Positions 62,974 to 64,000 of a stretch of 64,000 nt of DNA are shown here, piece after piece. The stretch comes from Felis catus (taxonomy: Eukaryota): positions 138,262,001 to 138,326,000 of the forward strand of contig NC_058368.1 of assembly GCF_018350175.1 (NCBI RefSeq), in the 5' to 3' direction. The stretch's first letter is position 1. Every line of letters begins with the position of its first letter. Position numbers and translations under genes: made by a program. Under the pieces are notes generated by a model, which made no database searches, had not been told where the DNA came from, and saw nothing but the letters and a program-made list of their open reading frames with translations.

Positions 62974-64000
62974 GAGAGTGCGGCAATCCTGGGAGTCAGG
63001 GCTGGGGGGTGGCTGTTAGCTTGCCTTTACAGTACTCCACTGAACTGTCTTCACACATTTAAAAAAGATTTTTTTTTTTTTAGTTATTTCAAGCTGATCA
63101 AATAGCCTGAGGGTAATGCATTGTTAAATATCAGGTACTAAATTCATCTTTTGTGAGCCTCCGCTGCTCTGAGATGCTTTAATCAATGGAGAAAGCATGA
63201 AACTGAGCTGTGTGAGCCTGAGAGCGAAGGAAGTATTGGGAAAAACCACATTAAAATTCCTCTCCTCTGAGAAGTTGTCCTTCTTCCTGGTAAGAGTATG
63301 GAAGGATTTTTGCAAATGGTATTGCTAGTAAATTGAAATATTTTCCCTTTATGCTTGTCAGATAAGAGATACAGATATATTAATAGATAAATATTGCAGA
63401 TATGTTGGTCAGAGTCAATCTCTTACCTACTACTTAGGATTGAGTCACACTCCCCCACAATTAAAATATTTTCTCAAACAAACTTATAGGACTTCTATAA
63501 ATTTATAATACTTTAGGTAATAGTATTGGGGATTTTTAGTTTTTTTTAGATTATCTGCAAGTTGTGTTTTGTTTTGTTTTGTTTTGTTTTTGGAGAATCC
63601 ATTGGCCCACTTTGAGAATGTATGGTTCAGGCAAGTTCCAGAAAATGTGTTTCCTGAAGGGCTTGATTAAATGACTGAATCAACACTGACCCAGAAAAGA
63701 GTTGAAACCTGCCTGGCAATACCATTTTGGGCCAGAATGACCAAGGCTAGATATGTTCCTGAGATAAAAGTAGGTGATAGAATATTCTACTGTTTCTCAA
63801 ACTCACTTTTAAAGATAGTAGAAGATAAAGGATCCATCATCTCCCACCTCCTAAACCAAGTTTCAGGAAAAATAGACTGAACATGTATTTTCTTATGTAA
63901 TGAACTTTACCTGAGTTAATCAGTTAATCAGTGCTTCATTTTTAAGTGAGGGATTTGAATGAATACATGAATAAATGAATGCACGAGGCAATGTCATTGA

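Noticed and set aside
51183..64000. Terminal ARHGEF28 coding exon
   Set aside because: I found no phase-1 exon matching the C-terminus I recall (ending ENIVYL); it presumably lies beyond the window.
1..64000. A novel multi-gene or prokaryote-like system
   Set aside because: All coding signal is explained by one known vertebrate gene, and the rest is intron and familiar mammalian repeats.

Overview
This is carnivore genomic DNA, almost certainly from a felid: it carries many Can-SINEs of feliform SINEC_Fc type and a cat-type L1 3' end. The whole window lies inside one + strand gene, ARHGEF28 (RGNEF/p190RhoGEF, Lbc/AKAP13 subfamily). I traced 19 consecutive coding exons from 4476 to 51182 (2904 nt, 968 codons) whose splice phases all join into one open frame. 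They run from the end of the C1 zinc finger through the DH and PH domains and the C-terminal coiled coil to ...KDSCKN. The 5' exons lie upstream, and I did not find the terminal exon, which presumably lies downstream. Introns hold 29 recognisable Can-SINEs plus L1, L2, MIR, MER5/MER58, an MLT1 LTR and microsatellites. I found no novel gene system, RNA gene or CRISPR-like array, and the non-exonic ORFs in the track are repeat-derived or chance. The notable details are a GC-AG intron with a weak acceptor and an antisense SINE inside it, an 86-bp non-transposon duplication that looks like a templated insertion, and what appears to be the dead felid counterpart of a human alternative exon. There are also a read-through stop with intronic poly(A) signals, a recursive-splice-site-like exon start, and tightly spaced inverted SINE pairs. 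Comparisons with the human protein are from memory, and repeat family names and boundaries are by eye; both need checking.
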